Below are positions 1 through 12,762 of a stretch of 64,000 bases of DNA, piece after piece (the stretch's first letter is position 1; every line of letters starts with the position of its first letter). The DNA is from Ramazzottius varieornatus (taxonomy: Eukaryota; Animalia; Tardigrada): positions 2,683,324 to 2,747,323 of the forward strand of contig BDGG01000001.1 of NCBI GenBank assembly GCA_001949185.1. The letters run 5' to 3'. Both the position numbers and the translations under genes were made by a program. The notes below the pieces were generated by a model. It was not told the origin of the DNA. It ran no database searches and saw nothing but the letters and a program-made list of their open reading frames with translations.

Positions 1-68
1 ACTCCGTCTGACAAGTGGTTACTCTTGTGAGCGTAAGATACGTTTACGTACTTTGCTTATACTGTGCT

Positions 69-983
69 CTATGTTCTGAGTCTCCTGGCTTTCCACGCTG
101 CTACTTTGTCATTCGGGTTCCCGCTAGAACCGTCAAACCAGAGACGCATACATGGCTCCCAATCGGGCGCGTACACGAAGGAATGGTCGAACACACTCTC
201 ACAAAAGTTTTTCGCGCTTCCGAAGACTTCTATGAAGGTTCTACACGAAGATGCTGGTGGACATTTGTTGACACCTGCAATGTAAACATTTTTGTTATCT
301 CCAAATGGATCAGAATTCACACTTCCGGGTGCTATATCTACCTCCTTCCCACTTGAAATCGCGCGCCCAATTCCTAGTACAAGTGAAATCGTCGGCGCAA
401 TCCTTGAACCAATTGTCGCAGTCCGTTTGACATAAAGGTACTTTCATAAAACGATTACTTCTGATTTTGCGCTTATCGTCGACTATCCAAGGACCAGTGT
501 TTGGCGAACATTCTGCAAGCGAAAACACGAGTACTAAAGCCTGTCGTATGCATGCAATGCACCATGCCGCCGCCTGGAGGTTTTTAGTCACGCTGTGACC
601 CTCACCGTAGAAGCACAAGTCACGAACAAAATGTTCTCGACATTTCTCTGATAAGGGTTTGTTCTCGCAGTGATCCCAACGGAAGTTCAACCAGGAACCA
701 TCCTGCGTGGAGTTCGCGGTAATTCCGAGCGCGGTCTCAATTGAACAACACGAGTTCTTCGACCAGGCAGAACACTATGAAAATTGAGTAACTGCACGAA
801 TTTAGGGATTAATTTATGGAGGAGCAGGACACTTACGTGAGTATCTGACAAGCCAGGTTCAGGAGAGGCATTTTCTTTGTGGTGTCTTCCCTCTATACAC
901 TGATTTAGAAGCTGGTCTTGCGCGAGGCTCCATGAAACCTCCAGGATAAAAATAAAGAAGGCGAAATTAGTCCGGTCGTCCAT
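69..983 (-). CDS. Folate receptor / riboflavin-binding protein family, secreted (4 exons)
   Basis: Signal peptide MDDRTNFAFFIFILEVSWSLA, then Cys-rich Folate_rec motifs: CIEGRHHKENASPEP, NFRWDHC, FVRDLCFYECSPNTGPWI, VPLCQTDCDNWFKDCADDFTC, CMRLWFDGSSGNPNDKVA. Exons joined by GT-AG introns. Confidence 0.92.
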
Positions 984-1513
984 TTTCGAGCACCACTTTA
1001 CGCTGCCGGCAAAAAAGCCAGCGGATTAACGTTTTTTGGACAAGGGAAAATGAATTCACAGCCTTCTGAGAGACTGTACTCTTATTGTAGGTGCCGCGAT
1101 CGCAAGACAACCCATGACATGTGAGGATAGGATTATTCAGAATTCTGCGGGAGTACTTTCCGGTCTTGTTGCAAACAACGCACGTCAGCGAGAACATGTA
1201 CATTGTATCAGTGTTTCCAGTGCCGGAAGACAGACGTAAACCTCGGCAATTAAAAACCGGTCGCGGGGCTTAGTGGCACCGGTCAGCCGAAGATATCGCA
1301 AAACGTGCCATGAAATGCTTCATGTCATGTTTATTTATAATCAACTGTGGAAAATCTCGTTGTTTACTTGCCTCTTAGAATAACTTTAGAAAGCCGCTCA
1401 AGCAGATCGACCCCTAATATCGGTCAATCGACCCAATTTGATTCGGATACGAGACAGTAAGCTTTTGAAACCCTATCTATCGGGTAACGCCTCTACCAAG
1501 TTTGTCTGTGAAG

Positions 1514-1693
1514 TTCACGCAGGACTAGAAATTATGGTACAGTAAAAATTATGGTACAGGTTTTTTCGCTATGGCGGTAAGGGAGCACGTTCGTACATTT
1601 TTCGACATTTTTCTACGATAGAATTTGCATTTCGCCTTCCTTTCCGCCTGTCCGATAATTTTTACTGTACCATAATTTCTCGTCTTGCATGTA
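1514..1693. mobile_element. MITE-like element (~180 bp) with terminal inverted repeats
   Basis: AGAAATTATGGTACAGTAAAAATT (~1527-1550) is the reverse complement of AATTTTTACTGTACCATAATTTCT (~1657-1680). Related ends recur at ~31225-31255 and ~39826-39888. Confidence 0.7.
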
Positions 1694-2498
1694 CTGTAGA
1701 TTCCTCAGTCGTGCTAATGCTTTCTTCTTTCAGGCAAAGCTGACCGATTTTATCAAGGGAAGTATCGGTGGAAGCCCACTAAGGACGGTGGGCAGAGGAC
1801 ACTTGTCCACTGCGATGTGTGGTGCCGGGAACCGCTGACCGAGCGAGAGGAATTTGAATTTGACATTCCAAGTATGCTGCCATTTAACGGAACATCCATG
1901 TGCTGAGAGGTTTTATGTTTGACCGTTGGGAACATTTCATGGTGCCTGTTTTGCAAGACCCTAACGTCTTAACGGTGGAACCCTCCTAAGAAATTCGTGA
2001 GCAGATTACTTTTCCATCTTACCTCACATACGATAATGATTAGTCGGCAAACAGCAAAACCGACAGCCATAATATTTCAAGTTCTTCGGCCTGCTACTTT
2101 AGTCAGAAACAACCATAAAATTCGGACATCCAAAAGTTTTTGCGGCAACGTGGTGCGTACAGCGACTTCCTGCCGGGATCTCTTGTCTGCAATGGGTGCG
2201 TCGTTATAAGCAAGGTACTCGTATGATATTACTGTAGTGCTTCCAGATTAACGCGCACTCAGCCACGTGATGAGTCATCGTTGTCCAGTATGATCAGATG
2301 TTGTCAGTGTAGCCTGTGTGACTCTCACCCGGGCATCATCTACTGTCCACTGTCCACTGATAGGCGGTCTTTCGGCTCAACCTTCTTTGTTGCACCTTCC
2401 ATCAGGGGTTTAGCTTTTTCCTTTAACGGTTACGACGTCTGTCTTTAGCGTTCAGCAATGCGGGTTGATAGTTTTTATCTAGAAATGTGTAAAAGCTT

Positions 2499-5400
2499 TT
2501 AAATCCTGCGGAATAATAAAAGCTGCTCGAGGCGAATGAGAGGCTGTTCTACCAAGATCGAAAGCATGAAAGCGCATGGGTAGACCATCAGGATAGAACC
2601 CAGAAAGATCATACATCCTTGCATAAAACTGTAGTACATTAGTTCTCGCATAGTGGCGAAGTAGTACTGAATGACCAAATAATGAAAGAGAAATGCCGAA
2701 TAGGTCAGTCGACTCAGAGGTCGCCAAAATGGTAGCGACAGGAAGGACTTGACCACCGATCCGAAATCGTAATAACAAGACACGATCACCTACGGAGAAA
2801 GGATTCTAGTGTTGTGGTATGACGATAATATGATTTCCTTTGATATTCTGTAGCTGGGTTCTCTCTCGACAAGATCGTCATGACAAGCTCGCAAGCTCGA
2901 CACGATCATCGTCTCAAATGGCGCACTGTTTCAGTTTAGGCAACTGACAGGGTGCGTCACTTGGAGAAACGATCTCACAGTGGTTTCGCGCAAGTCAAAG
3001 GACCCAACTACTAATCGAAATCCAGTAAAATAAGTCTCTTAGACGTTGACGCACCCAGGAAATCGCCAGGGCCCAGGCGGGTCTTGCAAGCGCCGCGTAA
3101 ACAGTTCTCTCCGCCACAGACATGTCTGTTGGGTTCTCCAGACCACCGTAATACAAGCCATAGACTGCGGTGTGTGCCAGAAGGGCGCAAGCGGTCCAAC
3201 CGATCGTGAGGACAAAGATGTTCCAAGTGAAACGTCCAGTGGGCTTGATGCGGAACAGTACGATGGCCAACATCACACCGACGATGTAGTTGATGCCGCC
3301 CATCCAGGGTTTGTCGTACAGGTACTCATATGAAGGGTTGAAGGACGCGGAAGCTGGCATTGGACTGTATGCAAAATTATAAAAATGTTAACCAGTTTTG
3401 CCTGAGGAATTTCATCAAAGAAGGCAAGGCCATACTGATGGAGCTGAGAAGAAGTTAAAGGTAGTCCGAAAACGGCTACCAATACAGCGACTGCTCCAAT
3501 GCAGGCGCTCAAAAGGAATGTCAAGAGCATCAGGCCAAGTCGAGGGTACCTGCAGAACACTAACTGATAAAATACGAAAAATTATTCTCGGTATTAACGG
3601 TTAGTGAATTACTTGACCACAAGCGCAACGATGGGAGGTGTGAGAAGGAAGAGCTGGAAATCGACGGAGATGAACCAAGTCCAGGCCATGCACTAGTGAT
3701 TTGAAACCCATGTTGAATGAGGAAGTGCCGTGCGAATGTACGGTATTCGAAGATAGTTTGAGTTGCTCACCACTTTGGTCTTGTCTTCGGGAATGAAGTT
3801 GTTAACATAGGCGAGTGTGGTCCACCAATACTTCTTGCATTCTTCCATCGGAGACCCCATTTGCTTCACCATCAGCTGTAAAAACAGACAAATATATGGA
3901 ACCGTACAATGTACCGTTGTTATTGTCACTTACCACGAACGGTCCGTCAATGACGTTGGGCACCAGGTACATGAATATGAGCAGGGTCGCCATCCATAAG
4001 GGCGTTAAACTGTGAACAACCGGGATTTTTTTATTTCCTGTGGAACGTAACGACATCGTCCGATGTTTATATAGTTGTGACAAAACGTGGTAAGGGTACA
4101 CACCGGTAAATTCGTCGGACGTAAGCAAAGACCAGTGGCCAACGAGAGTTCATGGTGGCGCATTCGCGAAGTAGACTGTATGTCACGACCAAACCGCTCA
4201 GCAGGAAAAACGTATCGACGGCAAACGTCGCATTCAGCACAACTTGATGTCCGTATCCCTTCAAAGCGTCTCTGAAATCCATCCTGTTGCCTGAAAGGAG
4301 CAAGAAGGAGCACACTTGGACCTGTAGGAGGTGGCTCAGTGTTCACACCGACTCACCAAAAAAGTTTTGTCCGACGAGGTAAACGTGCCCCAACATCACC
4401 CACCACAAACTGAGGACGCGAATACCATCCAGATAGACCAAATGGGTACTTGAAGCAGGACCGAAGATCCTGTTAATGTTATGCACAACCGAGAAGCACA
4501 TAATTAGTTTGACATAGAACGGAGTCACATCATCGCACTGCACCGTCAGCACGGGCTCCAGAGTGCTTCCGGCTGCGAAGGTGACTGCTGGTGTGGGTTC
4601 CACAAAGCCCACATCTGATAAATTACTTGTATCCCTATTGACCGGTAAGTTTTCTATCTGGCCGTTGAAGTTAGGCACAACGGACTTGACGGCGTATGGT
4701 TTGAGGAAGTTGGCTCGGTCTCCAAGAGCCATGACATCGGTGCGCTTCCATCGACGATCGTAAACCCTAATGATCAAGTGGATGATGGTCGCCCATACAG
4801 TTAGTGCTCCGAAGAAACCGAAGATGAGGTGGGTTATCTCGGTTCCCTTTGGCACGGGTTGGTGCTCTACGCAGAGCGTCTCGTTGGTTGTTCTAACCAT
4901 GGAGGCTAACTCCAAGAAGTGGATGAGCTTTTCGAGAAACACGGCATGGTCTGTGGGAGTGCAGCTTCGAGGTAAACAGGTCCCGAATGCTGGATTCACC
5001 GGCACCAATCCGTTGGTTTCAATACGGACCAGGCAATAGTTTGCGGCGCGCAGTGTTCTGTTCTGGGAGCGATCTTCATCCGACATACGAAGTTCGGGCA
5101 GCTTGACATTAAGGCAAAGGTCAAAATCGCCGAACCACAGAATATTTCCTTGACTGATTCCGGCTGGTGGTTTTCCGAAAGAGTCCATCACTGCAACATG
5201 CAAAAAGGTTCAGTTAGTTCTGTTTTGTCGTTCTGTCGATGTTATATATCCCGTCCCAAAAAAATCACGGGTCACCATAATTTCCCGCTAGGTTCACAGA
5301 CGACGTTTTCATCTTGAGTTAAACGCTGCGTTTACGCCGTCTCTATGACGTTTTCGGAGCGTAAACTGAGCGTGATTTAATTTTACGCTCATTTCACGCT

Positions 5401-5934
5401 GAAAAATCAGGAAACTTTTGAACTTTCGGCGAACTGTTTTTGGAGTCAGCGGGAACCGCAAACTGGCTGGGAGGGTAGTACTTTACGGTATTACGGTGAA
5501 TATTAATTTTTGAAGTCTAAGACAGCAGGAATTAGGCAGACGGTGAAGTAGCCGCTTTTCTACAATGTTTTAAATACGTTCCGATCGAATAAGATTCGCG
5601 TACTTTTTAACGCGTACAGTCTGCCAGTAAGAGCATCCTGGAGCCAGTTGTTGACGTCGTTGAAGCATTGTGCCGACAGTGCCGAATTGTTGTCGGTCTT
5701 TTCGATCATTTCCACGAACCTCCACGCATAATGCTCGGTAACGTTGGGGTCTCGGGGATTGAAAGGAGGCGCTTGACCATACGCCCATGGAACGAAAGAT
5801 GGCAACGAGGAAGGTTTTCCATTGAAGTACAATAAATCCGGCACCACAGCTGGATTCAAGCCGTATACTCCGCTCCATATTCGTGCCAGTGAAACGAGCG
5901 CAAAGATCCTGAGAATAAACACCCAGTTCCCCAT
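2499..5934 (-). CDS. NRF-6 (nose resistant to fluoxetine 6)-like protein: NRF domain + acyltransferase-3 domain, paralog 1
   Basis: Signal peptide; NRF motif MDSFGKPPAGISQGNILWFGDFDLC; AT3 motifs LDGIRVLSLWWVMLGH, AVDTFFLLSG, RIYRLTP, CMAWTWFISVDFQ, WRPLSRLTYSAFLFH, VEQP. Multi-exon. Confidence 0.92.
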
Positions 5935-6611
5935 GGCAAACTAATATGTGAACCACCAAATTTTATTAGTTACTAATTTTATTTGGACTCAAAAACTGCA
6001 AAACAATGTTTCTCGGAATAACGGCTTTTCCGTTATTTGTCCACTTGTCTGCTGGTTTCGTCCACGAAACCTCCAGACGTGGTTGTCGAATAACTATAAG
6101 ATATCTGCTCGTTATCAAGCCACAGATAGCATTGTACTTTATGACGAAGTGACAAACAGAGAGTAGCACTTCATCCCCGTACAGATATTTGGCGATAAAC
6201 GATAGTCGGCAGTGGCAATCTGTCGTAATACTGCCGCTTTAGGAAGGACCTTCGAGACGTCTCAGATGCACGACAAGAGTATTTTGTTCAAGTAAGACTA
6301 CGTGTCCATCTATATTTTGGAAAAAGCAGGAGGGTGAACTGAGCAAAAGTAATAAGTCAGTTAACAATCAAGGGTCAGAAGTGCCGAACCAGAAAACGGA
6401 GCGTCTTTGGTCCCAGCAGGAACTGCATCGTGGAAATGCTATGAGGGGAAAAGTGGACGGAAATGAAATGCTTCATTCGCTAATCTTAACAAGTTTCTTC
6501 GCAGCTAATCAATAACTAGTAAAACAACAAGCAATGAAAGTAAAATGTGAGAGGAAGTCATGTTCGGGCTTATCTGTTATGGCGAAGAGATGTCAGAGTC
6601 CGCGCTGATCT

Positions 6612-9600
6612 TTAGAGGGATTTGCGGATGAGCAGACGCTCCAGTCTGAGAAGAGGTACTTCGATGAAGACAGCCAGCTTTAAAGCCACTAGGTAAGCGA
6701 GAACCAGCTGGGACAGGAAGATGGCCGTCATGTTGAGGGGCGAATAGTAAACCATGTGACGCTGACTGGCGAAGTAAAGCTGAAAACAAACAGACCGTGA
6801 GTTATGAAACTCAATCAGGAAAATCTTCACGAACTGATTATTCTCGCTTCTAGCTTAAACCATCGTTTCAGCGCAATCCTGTGGCTTTTGAATATGTTTT
6901 TTGTAATACCCAACACAGTATATTCTATTGATAATTAATTCTTCCCAATAAAGTTCAGGCGTGGACCCCGGCAAACAAACCCGACAGATCTGTTTCCCAA
7001 GTGGCGCACGCTGTCAGTCTTACTGGCTAGAAGCGTGCGGGACTTGGAAAAAATAATCTTGTCGAGTCTGTCTTCTGAGCTTCCATTTGTTATAGTTTTT
7101 TGGCGTTCATTTGTATTTCATCTTTTGAAAATGTTTACCTGGAGAGTGAGCATATGGACGAGGTAAGCGCCATAAGTGAGATTGCTGAGAGGACGCCAGA
7201 AGCGCGAGCCCAAGAAGCGGCGCACTGGACCGGCATATCCATACTGACAGGCAAAGAGAACCCAACCGACCACCAAGCTCCACCCGAGGCGCTGTATACC
7301 TCCGTAGACGACTCGACCACCGATGGTCATCCTCTGCGGTGGCTTCTCAATGTACCACTCGTTGAAGTGAAAACCAAATATAAGCGGGATGGCGATAGCG
7401 GTGCAAACTGCCCATCCCACCAAGCCCATCAACCGGCTGTTTCCGGCGAACTTGTGCGCCTCTTTCGTGACGAAAATGTAGCCCAGGAGCACACCGATAA
7501 CGAATGGAGTGATGCGAGTGTATGGCTTCTCGTAACTAAAAAGAGTGAAAAAGTTACAAAATCTACAACCTAAATTTCAAAACTTGGGTGCGCGAGTTGA
7601 TCGGAATTCCATAAAATCTTCATCCAAATTCTTTTGAAAAATCCAGTAAAATTTAGTACATATAGTCAATGTCCTTGTGGTAGCCGGTTTCAGTAGCGTT
7701 GTAGTACTCCTCTTGCCAGAAGTGAATGGGAAGTCCGTAGTATCCAATGATGCCCATTGTGGTGGCGATACATGCGGTGATGATCACGCCAATGATGGCC
7801 ATTCCAGCCACACGCGACCTCCAGGACAATCATAATTATTACAATGGTTCTGCTGTCATTCGAGGGAACCCAACGAAATTTAGTGGAAGGAGTTCTCACT
7901 TGTACAGGATGAAGACCAGGATGGGGGTGATGAGGAAGAACTGCATGTCCAGAGCCCTACAAGGATACACCGTGAACATTCGCTTCACTCTACTTGTGCC
8001 CTGACAAGATTACTTACAAAAACCACGTCCAGTTCATACACTGAATCTTCTTGAACAAGGGGAAGAAGTTGTTGATGTACAACATGTTGGACCACCAGTA
8101 GGACTTGCAGTACTCTGTCGGCGCACCCTCTTGAGCAATGAGCAGTTTAAAGGGACTTTGGAAGCCATGAGGCAGGATGTAGACGTACATCATCATCACG
8201 TACAGGTACACTGGAGTCAACCTACGGACAGCATACATAGCCTTTGATGTGCCATCTTCACAGTCTGAATGTATTGGGAAAAACTTACCGCCACCAGCGA
8301 TGAAAGTACACCAGAGCCCAGTTCAGACGTCCATTATTCTTCTGCAGGTCTCGCAGCAGAACGTAGGAGATGAGTAGACCGCTGAGCAAGAAGAAACTGT
8401 CGACAGCATACCCTGTAAGCGGAACGATCTCGATTAGAACCCCGTTTCTGAAACAGAATATGGAAAAAACCGTACCGGCATTCAGGACGATTTGGAACAT
8501 GGCCGTTCGGACATCACCATAAAAGGTCAGAGTGTTCTCTGCAAGATGAGTAGCACACCATGTTACACCATGTTAGTCCAGATCTTCTCTGGAGAACCTT
8601 TTCGAGCAGAGTCACATGTTTACCGAAGAAGTTCCTGCCGAAGTAGTAGGTATGACCCAAGATCTACAACAGCCACCATTATGGAAAGTCCTTCGATAAG
8701 AAGAATCAGACAGTGAATGGCACTTACGATCCACCACATGCTCAGGACACGGAAACCGTGCAAGAATGAGATGTCCCCTTCATTTCCGGAAGCGAAGATT
8801 GATCGAAGGTTCGTCATGAAGTTCCAGCACAACACTAAAACAACCATCAGTTCATACTGTAACACTTCGAATTCAATATGATTATCTCAGAGAATGCTTG
8901 GCTTACGAGGCTTAAGGAACATGGGGACGTTAGCGTATCCATACTTCGATTTCGTGATGACCTGCTTGGACTCGAAGTTATGTGTAGTCAACGTTGTACC
9001 GTTCCCGTGACTGACAACTTTCGTTCCAGTGACCTGAGGCAGCTCCAAGCTTTGATCTGTACCGTTTAGTACTGCGTGGTTTCCTTCTTCGTAGCGACGG
9101 CGGTAGATCAGATCGACGACAATCGCAGCCGCGACTGTGGCCAGAATCAGACTGATAATGGCTACCATAACGTAGAAACCAGCATCTCTTGCCACTTTGA
9201 AAACACAGACACTCTGCAAAAGAAGGAGCGATACAATGCGGACGTGATTGTACAGTCTATATACTCGAACGTTATAAATTACGTTAATGGCTTCGAGTTC
9301 TTCCGCAGCTTTCAAAGGCCTGAAGAGTCCGGTGACGAACGCGTTGGTGTCGTTCTGGTTGGCGCAGGCTAGCGGAAGGCACACACCGTAAGCAGGAAGA
9401 ACGGGCAGACCAGCCCTGGCGACTCCCGGATGTCTCATACGAGCCAGGCAGTAGTTGGATACCGGTTCGCCGGTGCCCGTAACGTTTCGAACTCCGAGGC
9501 ACTGGTCGAAGTCTCCAAAGATCAGAATGTGTCCAAGACCTGGAAATGCACCTCCGTGATTCGTTCAGCAGTCTTGAGGGGTTTATAGACCACAACTTAC

Positions 9601-10183
9601 CGACACCGCTGGGAAGTTTGCCAAAAGCGTCGACCATCTTCAGCGAGTAGGGCTTCTTCATCATCAAGTCGAAAACCCATTGATGTACCGCTGTCTTGCA
9701 TTCGCGGCTGGTGTTCATCGGAATTTGGTTTTCTATCTCGGTGATCAGTGTGTGAATGGATTCGTTACTGTTCCAGTTCGTCAGCATCACCTGAAAGCAA
9801 GAAAAAGCGAATTTAAGAGAAACCTACACAACAAACGATTTGGCGAACGTGGGCTAACCAACAGCAAATGCGTATAGTGTAAATGTAAGTGTAAGTGTAA
9901 CGTTAGTAATGTAATTACGTCACGTCATGTAATATCGTTTCAGTTCAAAATAAATTTTATCACGCAGATGAGATCAATCAATCTGTCGTTCAAATCAATC
10001 GAAAATCTTTAGTCGGCCATGGTTTTCTGACGGAATTCTATTGCTAAACCCCTGAAACTATAAACAGTGATCAAGTCTTACTTGCATGCCCAACGTTTCC
10101 TTATCGAAGGCGCTATTCAGCGCATTTGTGGAACATGCCAGCAGAAGAAGTCCCAAGGACGGAAGCACAACACTCCGCCGCAT
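6612..10183 (-). CDS. NRF-6-like acyltransferase-3 protein, paralog 2
   Basis: Exon 1 (10183-10082) MRRSVVLPSLGLLLLACSTNA is a signal peptide; then MVDAFGKLPSG, LHGFRVLSMWW, AVDSFFLLSG, HRWWRLTP, CMNWTWFL, WRPLSNLTYGAYLVH, FIEVP. Confidence 0.9.
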
Positions 10184-12762
10184 GATGGAGCCAGAACGGT
10201 GGATCCGAGATGAGCCGTCGATACCTGTCAAATTCGCCGCGCTGTCTGGATGTCAGATGAGGTCTGCAAAATTTAAAACCATCGAAGATTACGCAACTCT
10301 CAGAAGCCCCACCGCTTTCCTATGCAAATCAGGACAAACGTAACGGCCACAGGTACGATACGAGCCTTTTCGCTACGACGATATACTTATCTAAGCTTTA
10401 CCGGTTGATCCAACGTTCGCACTGACTGGCCTTCTGAGTGCGCACTTTCCTGTATGCGTTATCGCTTAATCATTAGGCAAACATTGGTTCAAGAAGGCGG
10501 CAAGATCAGTTAAACGTCGCGATGGGCAGACACAGCAGAAGATAAGGAAGACAATTTTGACTTTCAAAGTCCGTGGCCGCTGGTCGAATTAAAATTAATT
10601 TATTACTTGATGTTTCAGTCAGACAATCAAGTGCCCGTGCCTGATCGGAAATGTCTACGTCATGTGTATTCGAATATGCTCGAGACGTCACTGACTTTGA
10701 AGCCTGCAAACTATGAAGCGCGCCTATCACGCCACCTCAGCAGCACCAGGAGGGTCGGTTGAGTACTCAACTGACCTGGCAGCAGCACTGTTGCATTGGA
10801 CACTGGGCAGTTGCTCTGGTTGCTCCGAATTCCCGAAAAAACCCCAATATTTGTGGACGCAGTATAAAGTTAGTGAAGAAAGTTATCGAAGACCGAAGCC
10901 GACAGAGCTGAGCGGGGGAAACTTTTCTGAAGTGGTTTTTCCATAGGCTTTCGTCGGACGAGATAACATCCTCTTTTACCGAAGTGCGCCGTTAAGTCCA
11001 AAGGAAAACTTTGGGCTAGAGGACCTTCTCATGAATGAATTATGTTCAAGGGCAACACGGACTTACCAATGGGTTGGACTGTTGGCCGAGGTTCAAAAGG
11101 TTGAATATTTCTGTGATTGCAGGTGGGTGGTTATCCTCGTGAAGATTATCAGGGCAAAGATTCGAAGTCGGACGATAGAAGGGAGTTCAAGATCTAAAGG
11201 TAGTACGTACGCGACATTCGACAAACTCAAGGAGCTACCGTGTGACACGGTATGAGCAGCCTCTTATGTTGAACGTGTAAAAACTGACCTCGAGCTTTTA
11301 TCTCTGACGGAAATGCGCGTGCAACGCTTCAAGATGGACTCAAGGCGACAACCTACAGAGCCAAGAATCCGAAATTCCTTCTTGAGATAATATCAGATTA
11401 GTAAGCTTCTCTTATCTCTCCTACTCAAGATACGGAGGTTGAAATCAAACCAGGCAGAGCAGCTAGCCCAAGACGGAATTCTCCACTAGGAGAGAATGGC
11501 CTGGCCTCAAGCTTTACAAGCCTGGTTTTGTTATTAATAGCCCGACTTCAAAAGCAAGAAAGTTGCAAAGAGTCCTCGGGGCTCTTTACAATCAAGATAA
11601 ATCTGCTTGCAGTATGTCAGCGTCGTAGGTTGGCCACGAAGTTTTAATGCAAGACCGATCCCCAAAATGAGCTCATCTTGATTCTATTGTTGAAGCCGGA
11701 CAGTGGGCATCGAGTAGAATAACGTGAGGTCATCGAAGTTACTTACCTTGAAGACAAGGAAGTATGGATAAAGAGCTTCTATGGGCCTGCGTCGGATAAG
11801 ACCTTCTCCCAGTGGAAAATTGGAGAAAGATAATTTGTACCGCTCAATGGTCTAAATCAGACGTTTCAACACGACACATAGCTTTCTTTCCAGGACAAAG
11901 ACTGATACCGCGTGTCTTTGAGGGGAAGGCTTTTTCGAGGTGAAGAGTAAACCGAAGCAGCTTGCGCACTGCGACTCAGGTTGTCTGAAACTTCCGTCGT
12001 ATTTATATTCAGTCGGGAAGGATCTGTTCATGTCAAAAACTGATGAGTCTGCTGCTTCTTGTTGGGATCTTTATGTACTCGGCGCATACTGTTTGCATAA
12101 ATTGGCGAGAACCCCACCTACGAACCTATACTGGTCCCATATTACTCTACGGCGTAAGCCAGTAGCATGATGTCGTCAAGGACTTCTGATCAGACAAGCG
12201 TACGGTACTTGGCGTGCCAAAAGACCCTCTTCGTCAAGTAAGAAGTCACTTTCTAAGAAGCGCGAAATATTTCCAGTTGCGGATACTGTACTAACAGAGA
12301 TATTTACGGCGGACCCACAGACCTCTCCTGCTCTTCCCAGTACCACGATCATGCGCTCCGATCAAGTGTAGAAACTGTCGCGTATTCGGATGACGCAGGC
12401 CTGTTATAATTGACGAAGTATAAACAAAGACGGATTAATATCGTACGCACGGTTCCTCGCGTTGACGCTAAAACATGTGACAGAAAAGGCTGACGTAAAA
12501 GGTAAAAAACTACTCTGCAAGAAAACAGTGACTGAGATGTAAAACTAGCGCCGTTGCAAAAGGTTCAAGGCTTAAGAGAATTGAGAGTGAAAAGTGAAAC
12601 CAATAACGTGATATTGGTAAAGCAATAAAACAGCTAAGCTAAAAATGATGGTCACTGTAAATGCACGAAACGGCCAAAGGATCGAATTGGTCGGATATAG
12701 TCCTAATGTGAAATTAAAAAGGTTCCATCGCTGTTGTTTCAAGTTAACCTTATTCTGATCCT

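Noticed and set aside
1259-1290. tRNA-like 5' end with A-box (GGTCGCGGGGCTTAGTGG)
   Set aside because: No B-box/T-arm or acceptor-stem partner follows.
4322-4356. Apparent 35-nt ultra-short intron in NRF-6 paralog 1
   Set aside because: The downstream acceptor CCTTTCAG gives the correct frame (FFGNRMDF) and a normal 66-nt intron.
5247-5480. Possible MITE in an NRF-6 intron
   Set aside because: Terminal match is short and imperfect, and no second copy was seen.
10700-12300. Coding-like interrupted stretches (possible old transposon or pseudogene)
   Set aside because: No recognisable domain motif or termini; cannot be supported without a homology search.
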